The notes under the pieces were generated by a model that worked only from the letters and a program-made list of their open reading frames with translations, did no database searches and was not told the DNA's origin. The position numbers were made by a program, and so were the translations under genes. From an uncultured delta proteobacterium (GTDB lineage: Bacteria > Desulfobacterota > Desulfuromonadia > Geobacterales > Pseudopelobacteraceae): a DNA stretch of 64,000 nt. Positions within the stretch are counted from its first letter, which is position 1. Each line of letters opens with the position of its first letter. Location of the stretch: assembly GCA_963772835.1 (NCBI GenBank), contig CAVYYZ010000013.1:1-64000 (forward strand). Reading direction: 5' to 3'. Shown here piece after piece: positions 19,776 to 30,881 of this stretch.

Positions 19776-21428
19776 TCACCGGTGAGACGCGAGAGCATCA
19801 CGGACTTTGTCGCCTAGAACTTTAAAAGAGAACGGTTTCTGGATAAAATTGATATCTTCCGCCAGCATGCCCTGATTTGCGATGATGTCAGCAGTGTAGC
19901 CGGACATGAACAGCAGCCGTACGGCCGGGCAGAGGGCCTGTACTCGCTGTGTCAGATCGCGTCCATTCATTTCCGGCATTATAATATCGGTCATCAGTAA
20001 ATGGATTTCACCTGCATGTTCTTCGGCGAGCCTGATTGCCTCGCTCGCCCTGGTCGTGCTTAGTACGGTATAACCGAGATTTTCAAGCAGCATCCCGGTA
20101 ACATCAAGTATTGCAGGCTCATCTTCAACCAGCAGGATGGTTTCGTTACCCGTATTCGCCGGCAAAAATGATGATTCCCTCTGCACCTCTCTCGAGGCCC
20201 CGGAGTATCGGGGGAAATGTATCCTGAAAACGGTACCTGTACCGGGCTCGCTGTAAACAGTAATAAAACCGTCATTTTGTTTCACGGCACCGTACACACT
20301 CGCCAATCCAAGCCCTGTCCCCTTTCCTGACTCTTTTGTCGTGTAGAACGGCTCGAAAATATTTTCCTGCGCATCCTTATCCATGCCGCAGCCGGTATCA
20401 CTTACTGTAAGCACAACATATTCGCCTGTCGCGTGATGCGGTATGCCCGTTTGAGATTCAGCGTCGAAGGTTGCGCTATGGGTCTCTATGGTTACAGTGC
20501 CGATACCGCTGATGGCGTCCCGGGCATTGACACACAGATTTGCCAGAATCTGGTCGATTTGGCCGGGATCCATATGAATCGGCCCCACGTGATCTCCCGG
20601 CTGCCAGTGAAGACATATGTCTTCTCCGATAAGCCGTCGAAGCATCTTGAGTGTTCCTTCCACGCTCTTGTTCAGGTCAAGGATTTGCGGTGTCACAGTC
20701 TGTTTGCGGGCAAAGGCCAGGAGCTGACGGGTCAGATCTGATGAGCGTCCTGCAGCAGTACGGATTTCCGTCATGTCGTTGAAAAACGGGTGCCCCTCAT
20801 TCATCTTCATGAGTGCCAGTTCCGCATGACCGATGATGACGCTGAGCATGTTATTGAAGTCGTGGGCCACACCGCCTGCCAGGCGACCAATTGATTCCAG
20901 TTTTTGTGCCTGATTCAACTGCGCCTGCAATGACTCACGTTCCTGCTCAGCCTGATTTCGTGCAGCCAGTTCATGCTCAAGCTCTGCCGTACGCTCTGCG
21001 ACCAGAGCGTCCAGATGATCACGTTGCCATTGCAGTTCCTGCCTTTGGCGGTCAAGCTCAAGAAATATCCTGGTTTTAGCCAGCAGTATTTCCGGTGCAT
21101 ACGGCTTGACGATATAATCGACCCCTCCAGCCTCATAGCCACTGAACAAATGCTGCTCGTCAGGTTGCAGGGCTGTCACAAAAATAATTGGAATCAGTCG
21201 TGTGGCGTTGTCACTTCGCAGGTGTTGAGCCAGTTCGAAACCATTCATTCCCGGCATCATGACATCAAGGATCGCCAGCGCAAATGTGTGGTCAAGTGTC
21301 GCTGCAAGAGCTTCATTGCCACTGGCCGCCGCAATGACTTCCGCTTCCACATCACGTAAGACGTGACGCAGCGCCACCAGATTTTCATTTTTGTCATCGA
21401 CGACCAGTATCTTCTGCTGAAAAATCAT
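19776..21428 (-). CDS. Hybrid kinase REC-HisKA-HATPase-REC
   Basis: ILVVDD..LDVMMP, GVAHDFNN, KGTGLGL, C-terminal receiver. Confidence 0.9.
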   Translation of the reverse strand: MIFQQKILVVDDKNENLVALRHVLRDVEAEVIAAASGNEALAATLDHTFALAILDVMMPGMNGFELAQHLRSDNATRLIPIIFVTALQPDEQHLFSGYEAGGVDYIVKPYAPEILLAKTRIFLELDRQRQELQWQRDHLDALVAERTAELEHELAARNQAEQERESLQAQLNQAQKLESIGRLAGGVAHDFNNMLSVIIGHAELALMKMNEGHPFFNDMTEIRTAAGRSSDLTRQLLAFARKQTVTPQILDLNKSVEGTLKMLRRLIGEDICLHWQPGDHVGPIHMDPGQIDQILANLCVNARDAISGIGTVTIETHSATFDAESQTGIPHHATGEYVVLTVSDTGCGMDKDAQENIFEPFYTTKESGKGTGLGLASVYGAVKQNDGFITVYSEPGTGTVFRIHFPRYSGASREVQRESSFLPANTGNETILLVEDEPAILDVTGMLLENLGYTVLSTTRASEAIRLAEEHAGEIHLLMTDIIMPEMNGRDLTQRVQALCPAVRLLFMSGYTADIIANQGMLAEDINFIQKPFSFKVLGDKVRDALASHR

Positions 21429-22114
21429 CCTGGAGCTCCCGAAGATTTTGATATCCTGCCGGTGCGGATTTTGTCAGGCGGTATGTTCAACATGGTGATG
21501 CGCTGTATTATTTCCTCAATGGTGAGCACTTCGTCTACGGAACCTGTCTCCATAGCCGCCTGCGGCATGAGCGGTTGCTCTGCTGTTGCAGGATTCTGCG
21601 CAATTGTCAAGCCTCCGGATGACTTGATTGCCCGAATGCCTGCCGCTCCGTCGTTGCTGGCTCCCGACAGGATAATAGCCATGACCCGCTCACCCCAGAC
21701 CTCCGCAGCACTCTCGAAGAGCACGTCGATGGAAGGTCGTGACCAGTTGACCTTTGCTTCTGTTGAAAGCGAGATGGAGCCGTCACGCTCGACAAGCATA
21801 TGGTAGTCGGCCGGTGCCACATATACCCGCCCCGGTGTGATCTGCTCCTTGTCGCACGGTTCGACAACAGGAAGTTTCGACATGCCGGCAAGATGTCGGG
21901 CAAAGCCGCCTTCATCCTCACGGTGCAGATGTTGAACCATAAGCACCGGCAGTGCAAAATCTGAAGGCAATGCGGCAAGAATGGCGGTAAAGGCTTTGAA
22001 TCCACCGGCAGAAGCTCCCATTACGATGGCATCATAGATTCTTAAACACTGATTTTTTGCTGTTATTTTAATCATTGCAGCGGATTTTCTTGTAAATCCG
22101 GGCCTTGTCATCAA
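21425..22114 (-). CDS. cheB: Stand-alone CheB methylesterase domain protein (no receiver)
   Basis: MGASAGG, VQH, RPSIDVLFESAA, DGAAG. Confidence 0.9.
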   Translation of the reverse strand: MMTRPGFTRKSAAMIKITAKNQCLRIYDAIVMGASAGGFKAFTAILAALPSDFALPVLMVQHLHREDEGGFARHLAGMSKLPVVEPCDKEQITPGRVYVAPADYHMLVERDGSISLSTEAKVNWSRPSIDVLFESAAEVWGERVMAIILSGASNDGAAGIRAIKSSGGLTIAQNPATAEQPLMPQAAMETGSVDEVLTIEEIIQRITMLNIPPDKIRTGRISKSSGAPG

Positions 22115-22916
22115 TCACTTCGAAACAGTCGGAAACTTCGCTGAACCGCAGGCTTTCCTTCGTGCCAAGGCAGAGATAGCCGCCGTGTACGAGGCTTTCC
22201 GTAAAAAGTCCCAGTGCCCTGTTCTGCAGGTCACTGTTGAAGTAGATGAGCACATTGCGGCAAAGCACCAGATGCATCTCACCGAACACACCGTCCATTG
22301 CCAGATTGTGGTTGGAGAAGACGATCCGCTCCTTCAGTGAGGCGTCCATGACTGCCGCTTCGTAGCGGGCATGGTAGTATTCGGAAAATGACCGTTTTCC
22401 GCCCGCCTGCTGATAGTTTCTGGTGGCCTCCTGAAGTTTTGACGTTTCATAGATCCCTTCACGGGCTCGTTCCAGAGCAGTATCGCTGAAGTCGGTCGCA
22501 TAAATGGTCGCCCGATCGTAAACCCCTTCTTCCTTGAGTACGATTGCCAGGGAATATACCTCTTCGCCGGTCGCACAGCCGGCATGCCAGATCTTTACAT
22601 GGGGCCAGGTCTTGAGAATAGGGACCACTTTTTCCCGTACGGAACGATACACCGATGGATCACGGAACAGCTCTGTTACGGCAACAGAGAAATAGCGGAT
22701 CAGGCGCGAGAAGAACTCCCGGTCATGCAGCACCTGCGGGATCATTTCCGATACCGTTGCACAGCCGGAGCTTGTCATGAACTGCCTGATCCTCCGCTCG
22801 ATGGAAGCCCGGGCGTAGGAACGGAAGTCGTAGCCGTAGCGGCGGTAGATCGCTTCCAGAAGGAGGTCTACTTCGATGCGGTGAATTTCTGATTTTTTGC
22901 GTTCTTCGCTCGTCAT
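22068..22916 (-). CDS. cheR: CheR-type methyltransferase
   Basis: YGYDFRSY, IWHAGCATGEEVYS, LCRNVLIYF. Confidence 0.92.
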   Translation of the reverse strand: MTSEERKKSEIHRIEVDLLLEAIYRRYGYDFRSYARASIERRIRQFMTSSGCATVSEMIPQVLHDREFFSRLIRYFSVAVTELFRDPSVYRSVREKVVPILKTWPHVKIWHAGCATGEEVYSLAIVLKEEGVYDRATIYATDFSDTALERAREGIYETSKLQEATRNYQQAGGKRSFSEYYHARYEAAVMDASLKERIVFSNHNLAMDGVFGEMHLVLCRNVLIYFNSDLQNRALGLFTESLVHGGYLCLGTKESLRFSEVSDCFEVIDDKARIYKKIRCND

Positions 22917-22924
22917 AGACAATG

Positions 22925-25900
22925 TCACCGATAGAGCCACACCCGCATGAGCGAGAAAAGCCGCGCCTGGTCAACCGGCTTGGGAAGATAGTCGTTGGCG
23001 CCTGCGGCCAGGCATTTTTCCCGGTCATCCGCCATGGCCTTGGCCGTGAGCGCAATGATCGGCAGGGTCCGGAATGCATCCCGGGCACGAATTCTTTTCA
23101 TGGTCTCATAGCCGTCCATCTCCGGCATCATCACATCCATCAGTATCAGGTCAATATCGGGCTGTTCCTCCAGCAGGCGCAACGCCCGCTCACCGTTATC
23201 GGCCTTGACCGGTTTCATGCCGTTCTCGTTCAACAGACGGGCGACCGCGAAGGTGGTGCGCATGTCGTCATCCACGATAAGCACTTTCTTCCCCTTCAGG
23301 AGGAGATCAGTCTCATGCAGATTTTGAATGACCTGGCGCTTCTTCTCCGACATACGCCCCACGACACGATGCAGAAAGAGCGAAACTTCGTCCAGCAGCC
23401 GCTCCTGTGAGCGGACATCTTTTATCACGATGGATTTGGCACGTTCACGGATGGTTTCTTCTTCATGCACGGTGAGGTCGCGGGCGGTATAGACGACGAC
23501 CGGGGGAAGCACGACCCCTTCAGATTCCAGCTGTGCCAGCAGTTCATTCCCGTCCATATCAGGCAGTCCCAGATCCAGAACGACGCAATCATATTCATTT
23601 GAGCGCAGGGCAGCCAGGGCCTGTGCACCATTTTCCGCCTCATCGGTCGTGACATCACCATTACCGACCAGTCTCACGGTTTCACGGCGTATGACCGGAT
23701 CATCGTCAATAACCAGCATCCGTTTCGGTCTCCCGGATGAGAGCTGATCCAACCGGTGAAATACCTCTTCGAGATGATTCTGATCGACCGGTTTGGCGAA
23801 ATGTCCGACCGCCCCTTTGCGTTTTGCTTTGTTTGAGGGGTCTTCAACCGACAGGATGTGTACCGGAATGTGCCGGGTGCGGGTACTCTCCTTGAGCGTG
23901 CTCAACACTTCCCAGCCGTCCATGCCCGGTAGCCTGAGATCAAGAATTATTGCAGAAAGAACGTGCTCTCTTGCCAGATCTAACCCCGCCTCTCCCGTCG
24001 AGGCCACCAGACACTTGAATCCCTTCTCATGGCACTTCTCGTAGAGTATGCGGGCGAATTTAGGATCATCCTCGATGACCAGCATTATGCGGTCGGACGC
24101 TTCAATGCCGTCACGATCGTCGGGGATGGCGGGGCGACTGCCTGCGACCGTGGCACGCGGCGTACGGGTTTCCGGCAGTGGCCCCGACAGACGGGCCGGA
24201 AGCTGCTGCACCGGTTTTAGAGGCAGATACAGCGTAAAGGTCGAACCGGTGCCGGGTGCGCTTTCCAGACGGATCTCGCCACCAAGCAAAGATGCCAGTT
24301 CACGGGAAATGGAGAGCCCTAATCCGGTCCCGCCGTATTTTCTCGAGGTGGTACCGTCTGCCTGCTGGAATGCCTCAAATATCCGTGAGTGCAGTTCCGC
24401 AGGGATGCCGATGCCGGTATCCGTGACCGCAATTGCCAGAAAGTCGCTCGCGGCAAGCCCGTACCGGGAATACGCCGCTCCCGGTGAAGGGGGGCCAAAG
24501 GTCACGGTAACGCTCCCGGAGGCAGTGAACTTTAACGCATTGGCAATCAGGTTGCGGGTAACCTGATCCAGGCGTTTGCGGTCACTTGATATTTCCCGTG
24601 GTGCATCAGTGCTGACAACGATCTCCAGCGCAATATTCTTTTCATCGGCGAGGTGCTGGAATGAGTCCCGTACACCATCAGCCAGGTCGTTCACCCGTAC
24701 CGTGTCAAACTGGACCGTTATATGGCCGGCCTCAATCTTTGACAGGTCCAGAATGTCATTGATCAGATTCAGCAGGTCGCTGCCGCCGCTGTTGATAATG
24801 CGCGCAGCCTCGACCTGCTCCGCCGTCAGGTTGCCGTCCCTGTTTCCGGCCAGGCTTTGTGACAGGAGCAGCAGGCTGTTGAGCGGGGTGCGGAGTTCGT
24901 GCGACATGTTGGCCAGAAATTCCGATTTGTATCTGCTGGCCTGAGTCAGTGCTGCCGCCTTGTCTTCAAGCTCCTGCCTGGCCTGTTCAACCTGCCTGGT
25001 CTGCCGCTCCAGCAATTCGTTCTTTTCTTCAAGCTCCTCGTTGGTGACCTTGAGTTCTTCCTGCTGGACTTTCAACTCTTCTTCCGATTGCTGCAGCCGT
25101 TGGGTCTGCTCTTCCAATTCTTCATTTGCCACCTGAAGCTCTTCCTGCTGTATTTTGAGCCGCCGGTTCTGCTGGTCCAGATCCCGGGACAGGGCTTCTA
25201 TGCGCTGGTTCGACAACATGCTGTTCATCCAGACAGCCAGGGCAGTCTGGATTTCCGAAACGAGCCGGACGGCATCTGATTCATAATCATGGATACTCGC
25301 AAGGGATAGTATTGCCACGACCTCGTCACCTGACAGAAGCGGAACCGTGATAATCTCCCGGGGAATGATGTCGCCATTCACTGCCGCCAGGGTAAATCGT
25401 GTGTCCGACGGTATTTCAGAAATCGTATGAATTGTGCGGGTGGAGAGCGCCCCGCCGAATTCACCTTCAAAGTCAACCGCAGAAAATGATGCCCGGCCGG
25501 GGGCAGTGAGGCCGATCGCCTCCTGGAGCAGAAAATCCGTTTTTTGCTCATTGAGCAGATATATCGCCCCGACCTGGGAACCGGTCAGACGCATAATGCT
25601 TTCAAGAACCTGACGACTGAAGGCACGGGCCTGCAGCTCTGTGAGCATGACGGCATTAAGCTGTGCGACGTGTTCCCTGAATGCCATTTCCCCCTGGATT
25701 TTACCAGCCATTGCATTGAAAAGCGCGGAGAGCGACCCGAATTCATTGCCAGAGGTGTAGCCGCTCCTGGCATCCAGATTTCCCTGGTGGAACCGGGTAG
25801 TTACGTCATTCAGATCCTGCACCGGCGTTCGAATCAGTTTCAACAGAAGCAGACCGATCCCGGCAGAAAGGAGAAGTATTATTCCGATGACCGATAAGAG

Positions 25901-26473
25901 CTGCAGATTCAGGGAGTCGTGGGTCGTGCCGGCGTTACGGTAAAGCTCAACGCCCTTATTCGTTGCATATACGTCAATTTTCTTAATCAGTACAAGTAAC
26001 TGATCCCGTTCCGTACCGATATCGCCGGTATTCTGAACCCGTTTCATGGCTGCAGCGACATCTCCCGAACGTCCCAGATCCCGGTTGCTCTCACGCGTCG
26101 ATACCCAGCGTACAAAGGCGGTATGCGCATCTTCGATATCTTTAATCGGCCCCAGATACGCCCCGAACAGCACCGTGAACTGTTGTTCGGCATCTGCCTG
26201 ATAGACATCGGAATTCTGAAGAGCTTTCCGACGACCTCCCTCATCTTTGGCCAGGAGTAGATTGCGGAATTCAAAGCGCATCCCCAGGATATCTTTGTCG
26301 AGTGTATCAATCGCGTTCATTACTTTCAACGGGTGTTCATACATGGTACGGGTCTGTTGCCAGAGTATATCTGCCTGTCGCGAGGAGAGCACGCCGAGGA
26401 GAATAACAAACACGAGGAGACAGCCCAACCCCAGGCGCAGTTGCGTGGCGATTTTTATGTCCTTTAGTTTCAT
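22925..26473 (-). CDS. Membrane hybrid histidine kinase (4-helix sensor, HAMP, GAF, coiled coil, HisKA/HATPase, three REC)
   Basis: FLANMSHELRTPLNS, YGGTGLGL, three receiver-like repeats, QQEEL..NEELEEQ coiled coil. Confidence 0.9.
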   Translation of the reverse strand: MKLKDIKIATQLRLGLGCLLVFVILLGVLSSRQADILWQQTRTMYEHPLKVMNAIDTLDKDILGMRFEFRNLLLAKDEGGRRKALQNSDVYQADAEQQFTVLFGAYLGPIKDIEDAHTAFVRWVSTRESNRDLGRSGDVAAAMKRVQNTGDIGTERDQLLVLIKKIDVYATNKGVELYRNAGTTHDSLNLQLLSVIGIILLLSAGIGLLLLKLIRTPVQDLNDVTTRFHQGNLDARSGYTSGNEFGSLSALFNAMAGKIQGEMAFREHVAQLNAVMLTELQARAFSRQVLESIMRLTGSQVGAIYLLNEQKTDFLLQEAIGLTAPGRASFSAVDFEGEFGGALSTRTIHTISEIPSDTRFTLAAVNGDIIPREIITVPLLSGDEVVAILSLASIHDYESDAVRLVSEIQTALAVWMNSMLSNQRIEALSRDLDQQNRRLKIQQEELQVANEELEEQTQRLQQSEEELKVQQEELKVTNEELEEKNELLERQTRQVEQARQELEDKAAALTQASRYKSEFLANMSHELRTPLNSLLLLSQSLAGNRDGNLTAEQVEAARIINSGGSDLLNLINDILDLSKIEAGHITVQFDTVRVNDLADGVRDSFQHLADEKNIALEIVVSTDAPREISSDRKRLDQVTRNLIANALKFTASGSVTVTFGPPSPGAAYSRYGLAASDFLAIAVTDTGIGIPAELHSRIFEAFQQADGTTSRKYGGTGLGLSISRELASLLGGEIRLESAPGTGSTFTLYLPLKPVQQLPARLSGPLPETRTPRATVAGSRPAIPDDRDGIEASDRIMLVIEDDPKFARILYEKCHEKGFKCLVASTGEAGLDLAREHVLSAIILDLRLPGMDGWEVLSTLKESTRTRHIPVHILSVEDPSNKAKRKGAVGHFAKPVDQNHLEEVFHRLDQLSSGRPKRMLVIDDDPVIRRETVRLVGNGDVTTDEAENGAQALAALRSNEYDCVVLDLGLPDMDGNELLAQLESEGVVLPPVVVYTARDLTVHEEETIRERAKSIVIKDVRSQERLLDEVSLFLHRVVGRMSEKKRQVIQNLHETDLLLKGKKVLIVDDDMRTTFAVARLLNENGMKPVKADNGERALRLLEEQPDIDLILMDVMMPEMDGYETMKRIRARDAFRTLPIIALTAKAMADDREKCLAAGANDYLPKPVDQARLFSLMRVWLYR

Positions 26474-26618
26474 GGGAACTCCTGAAGACAGTTTCAACCT
26501 CTACTGGTGCATTTTCCGCCACACGGGGCGCTCAAGTGCCACCTAACAACGTGCAACGGGGTGATTCAGTGCTGCTTTCACCGCCGTTTCTCTTACGCAT
26601 GTGATGATACGTACCAGT

Positions 26619-28481
26619 TTATTCGGGCGGATACAATATCATTTGCTTCGGGCGTTCTGTTTGTATTTCACCGAACTGCAACTGATGGAGTCGGGCATAT
26701 ACACCGCCTGCACGCAGCAGCTCCTCATGAGTACCTTCTTCGACTTTGACCCCGTGCCGGATTGTGACGATACGGTCTGCGTCGTGAATGGTGGAGAGGC
26801 GATGCGCTATGACCAGTGAGGTGCGTCCCTGCATCATCCCCCTGATCCCCTCCTGAATCATCTGCTCCGAGGCACTGTCAATACTTGCAGTCGCCTCGTC
26901 CAGCACAAGTATTTCCGGATCGAATGCGACGGCGCGGGCAAAGGAGAGCAATTGTTTTTCGCCCACAGAGAAATTGCTCCCCCGTTCGCGGACCTCTTCA
27001 TCATAGCCTCGCGGCAGACGATCGATAAAACCGTCGGCACCGACCGCCGCCGCTGCCTGACGGACGCGCTGCCGGGCCTGTTCATCTCCGAGGCAGATGT
27101 TGAATTCGATGCTCCCGGCAAACAGGCAGGGATCCTGAAGGACAACGCCGACCCGCCGCCTCACCTGCACAAGGTCGATCTCCCGGATGTCGACCCCCTG
27201 CAGCAGAATGGAGCCGCGTTCAATCTCATACAGGCGTGTCAGCAGGCGGGTAATTGTCGTCTTGCCGCCGCCGCTCTCCCCCACAATTGCAATCCGTTCC
27301 CCGCGTTTTACAGCAAGGTTGAATCCGCTCAGGATGTCGTTATCGACCTGATACGAGAACGAAACGTCGCGGAATTCAATGAGGGGAGGAGATTCGCCGC
27401 ATACTTCCTCTGACAGCTCCCTGTTGCCCGCATGTCTTGCATCGGGAGCAGCTTCGGGGAAGGGATGGGGTGAGCCGGTTGCAGGTGTGTCCAGCAGTGC
27501 GAAAATTCTCTCGAGCGCAGCCATCGCTCCCTGCATGACGGAATATTTTGCAGAAAGGTCACGGATAGGCGAGAAAAACTTTTCGATATACTGAATGAAG
27601 GCGACAAGCACGCCGAAGGTCAGGGTCCCTTTCAGGATTTCGCCGCCGCCGTACCATATGATCAGCGCCACGGCAATTGATGAGAGCGCTTCCACCAGGG
27701 CATACAGGGATGCATCCCAGAAAATGACCGGCATATTGGCGTCGCGGTATGATGCGTTCAAAATGCTGAAACGCCGCTCTTCATCGCGTTCGCGGTTGAA
27801 GATCTGAATGATGCTGATACCTGAAATACATTCGTTGAGAAACGAATTCAGGCTTCCCAGCCGTGCACGGACCTCCCGGAAAGATTTTCTCATGCGCCTC
27901 CGGAAAGTATAGGCGACGTACAACAGCACCGGCAGAACGGAAAAGGTCACCAGTGACAGTGTAAGGTTCATCCAGAGCATGACGGAAATAATCCCGATCA
28001 GCAGCAGGACGTCACCGATGATTGTGATAATTCCTGAAGCAAACATTTCTCCCAGTACTTCGACGTCGCTGGTCAGCCTTGTGACTGCGCTCCCGGTCGG
28101 TACGCGGTCGAACCAGGAAACCGGCAGATGCATGACGTGTCGGTACAGCTCTGATCGCATATCCGACATGACCCGCTGTCCGACAGACTGCAGCAGATAC
28201 ACTTCCAGAAACGACAACAGAGATTCAATCAGCAAAATGCCGAGGAATCCGAGTGCAATCTGTTCCAGGCCGGCCAGTTTACCGGTGATAATGTGACCAT
28301 CGATCGCGAGTTTGATAATCCAGGGCTGTGCCAGGCGGCAGGCTGCAACGATCGGCAGTATCAGCACCACGATGCAGATCGAAAACCGGTAGGGGGTCAC
28401 ATAGCGCACAAAGCGCCGCAACAGAGCGGTGTCGTAGGCTTTGCCGGCTATTTCTTCTTCGTAAATTCCGCCGTGATGCAT
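26619..28481 (-). CDS. ABC exporter, fused permease and ATPase
   Basis: TM domain, GESGGGKT, FSVGEKQ, LDEAT, IAHRLST. Confidence 0.92.
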   Translation of the reverse strand: MHHGGIYEEEIAGKAYDTALLRRFVRYVTPYRFSICIVVLILPIVAACRLAQPWIIKLAIDGHIITGKLAGLEQIALGFLGILLIESLLSFLEVYLLQSVGQRVMSDMRSELYRHVMHLPVSWFDRVPTGSAVTRLTSDVEVLGEMFASGIITIIGDVLLLIGIISVMLWMNLTLSLVTFSVLPVLLYVAYTFRRRMRKSFREVRARLGSLNSFLNECISGISIIQIFNRERDEERRFSILNASYRDANMPVIFWDASLYALVEALSSIAVALIIWYGGGEILKGTLTFGVLVAFIQYIEKFFSPIRDLSAKYSVMQGAMAALERIFALLDTPATGSPHPFPEAAPDARHAGNRELSEEVCGESPPLIEFRDVSFSYQVDNDILSGFNLAVKRGERIAIVGESGGGKTTITRLLTRLYEIERGSILLQGVDIREIDLVQVRRRVGVVLQDPCLFAGSIEFNICLGDEQARQRVRQAAAAVGADGFIDRLPRGYDEEVRERGSNFSVGEKQLLSFARAVAFDPEILVLDEATASIDSASEQMIQEGIRGMMQGRTSLVIAHRLSTIHDADRIVTIRHGVKVEEGTHEELLRAGGVYARLHQLQFGEIQTERPKQMILYPPE

Positions 28482-28533
28482 AGTTTTGGTTCCGTTTGAA
28501 GTAAAAGTCAGGAGGCAGTTTATCTGAAAAGTG

Positions 28534-30822
28534 TTACATCATGTCAACCGGATCTATATCGACTGAAATGCGCACAGTTGAAACGATTGCCGCCCTCTGC
28601 CTCCATATGGCGATCAATCGATGAAGATCTGTGCGGTTCGAAGACTTTAGTAAAATCTGGCGGCGAAATCGATTGCGCAGGCGATAAATCGGGGATGGCG
28701 CAGGGCCGAGAATTTCAACCCGTACGTTCAACTCTGATTTTAGCCGGCTCAGTAACCGGGCGGTCATGTCCGCCTGTTCTGTAACAGAGTACTCCGAAAG
28801 TCCGGAAATGGCAAAAGCCGCCAGAAATGTGAAAGGGGGATAGCCGGCCTCCCGGCGAAACTCCAGTTCCTGCCGGTAAAATCCGGCCGCATCATGTCCG
28901 GCGGCGGACTTGACCGCATAATGCTCAGGGTCGATCGCCTGTACAACAACCCTTCCCGGGGTTTCACCCCGGCCGGCCCGTCCGATGACCTGCGACAGCA
29001 GCTGGAACGTGCGTTCTGCCGCACGAAAATCGGGCATTCCCAGGCTCGCTTCGGCGTTTATCACCCCCACCAGCGTTACTTCGGGAAAATCATGCCCCTT
29101 GGCAATCATCTGGGTGCCGACCAGTATATCGGCGCTGCCGTCGTTCATGCGTGACAGCAGACGCTCGTGGCTCCCTTTGCCTGAGGTCGTGTCACTGTCC
29201 ATCCGGAGAATCCGTGCCGACGGCAGCAGCTCTTTCAGGTGATGCTCCAGTTTTTCGGTTCCGGCACCAAGCTCACCCAGTGTCGTTCCACCGCACGCAG
29301 GACATGTGCCGGGTGCCGGGACGGCATAGTCGCAGTAATGACACAGGCTCTGACCACGCTGACGATGATAGGTCAGAGTAACCGAGCAGTTGGGGCAGGT
29401 CAGCGCTTTCCCGCAGTCCGAGCAGACCAGAAAGGTTGCAAAGCCCCGGCGGTTAAGAAAAACAATTGCCTGCCGACCCTCCTGGTACGTTTCATTCAGA
29501 CGGTCTGACAGCGCAGACGACAGAATATCTTTGTTCCCCTTCATTGCGACCAGTTCGACAAGCGGCATCGGACGGCATTCGACCCGTTCAGGCAGTTCAA
29601 GCAACGTAAGCCGTCCCTCACCTGCGGCGTGGAATGTGGTGACCGCCGGTGTTGCCGAGCCGAGAACAACGGCGGACTCTTCCATCTTACCCCGCACAAG
29701 CGCCAGATCGCGAGCATTGTAACGCAATCCGTCCGATTGTTTGAACGAGGCTTCATGTTCTTCATCGACGATGATGATGCCTATTTTGTCCAGGGGAGCA
29801 AAAACGGCTGAACGTGCTCCGATGACAATGCGTGCAAGCCCGCGCCGGATGCGGCGCCATTCGTCGAAGCGCTCACCATCTGAAAGACCGCTGTGCAGGA
29901 TGGCAATACCGCCGCCGAAACGGGCCTGAAACCGCCCGGTCAACTGAGGGGTCAGGGCAATTTCAGGCACAAGTACCAATGCATTTTTTCCGAGTTCAAG
30001 CGTGCGGGAGATTGCCTGCAGATACACCTCGGTTTTGCCGCTGCCGGTTACTCCGTACAATAGAAACGGTTTGAACGACTGGTGGTAAAGGCTTGCCGTA
30101 ATGGCATCCAGTGCCGCTTTTTGATGGGTATGCAGATGTCGCGGCTCATCCCGGACAACAGTGCGATCTTTAAATGGATCTCGAAATACTTCGCGCTCTT
30201 CTGCTCTGCTCAATCCGAGTTCGGTCAGTCGCTTGAGTTGCGGAGAACATGTACCGAAGCGTTTACGAAGTTCTCCGGCGGAAATATCGCCCGACTCCCG
30301 GATTACCGCCAGTATTTCCAGCGCTTTAGAACCAGGTTGACGGATAGAGGTCTCCACTTGGCCGGGGAGATAAAACGTTTCACGGCGTGCGGACTTTCCC
30401 CCGGTCACTATTTCCGCTTCTCCGGCGGCACCTTTTCGGGTTTGAATATTTATACCGGCCGGGAGTGCGGTGCGAACAACCTCCCCGAGGGGGTGCTGAT
30501 AATATGATGCGATCCAGCGGAAAAACTCCATTTCACCGGGAGTCCAGAGGGGGGCTGTGTCCAGTACCGCTATGATTTCTTTCAGACTGGTATGTTCCGA
30601 ACCGGCAGCATCCCCCAGAATGTAGCCGGTCAGTGTGCGCCGGCCGAACGGCACCAGAGCGCGGTGCCCGGGCAGAGCCTGTGCCAGGAGCGGTTCAGGG
30701 ACGAGATAGTGAAAAGTCCTGTCCAGATAGAGCGGGATGGCGACTTCAATTATATGGTTGTATGGGTCGGCAGCAGTCATAAAATTTTCCGGTGATGTGA
30801 CATTGGTGGATAGCATAGTCAT
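28534..30822 (-). CDS. priA: Primosomal protein N' helicase
   Basis: GVTGSGKTEVY, DEEH, LNRRG, Cys-rich zinc module, GTQMIAKGHDF. Confidence 0.97.
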   Translation of the reverse strand: MTMLSTNVTSPENFMTAADPYNHIIEVAIPLYLDRTFHYLVPEPLLAQALPGHRALVPFGRRTLTGYILGDAAGSEHTSLKEIIAVLDTAPLWTPGEMEFFRWIASYYQHPLGEVVRTALPAGINIQTRKGAAGEAEIVTGGKSARRETFYLPGQVETSIRQPGSKALEILAVIRESGDISAGELRKRFGTCSPQLKRLTELGLSRAEEREVFRDPFKDRTVVRDEPRHLHTHQKAALDAITASLYHQSFKPFLLYGVTGSGKTEVYLQAISRTLELGKNALVLVPEIALTPQLTGRFQARFGGGIAILHSGLSDGERFDEWRRIRRGLARIVIGARSAVFAPLDKIGIIIVDEEHEASFKQSDGLRYNARDLALVRGKMEESAVVLGSATPAVTTFHAAGEGRLTLLELPERVECRPMPLVELVAMKGNKDILSSALSDRLNETYQEGRQAIVFLNRRGFATFLVCSDCGKALTCPNCSVTLTYHRQRGQSLCHYCDYAVPAPGTCPACGGTTLGELGAGTEKLEHHLKELLPSARILRMDSDTTSGKGSHERLLSRMNDGSADILVGTQMIAKGHDFPEVTLVGVINAEASLGMPDFRAAERTFQLLSQVIGRAGRGETPGRVVVQAIDPEHYAVKSAAGHDAAGFYRQELEFRREAGYPPFTFLAAFAISGLSEYSVTEQADMTARLLSRLKSELNVRVEILGPAPSPIYRLRNRFRRQILLKSSNRTDLHRLIAIWRQRAAIVSTVRISVDIDPVDMM

Positions 30823-30881
30823 AAATATGGTGTATAGTGAAAACTCTTCTCATGAGAACTTAACGTAAGGCCGCATTATAT

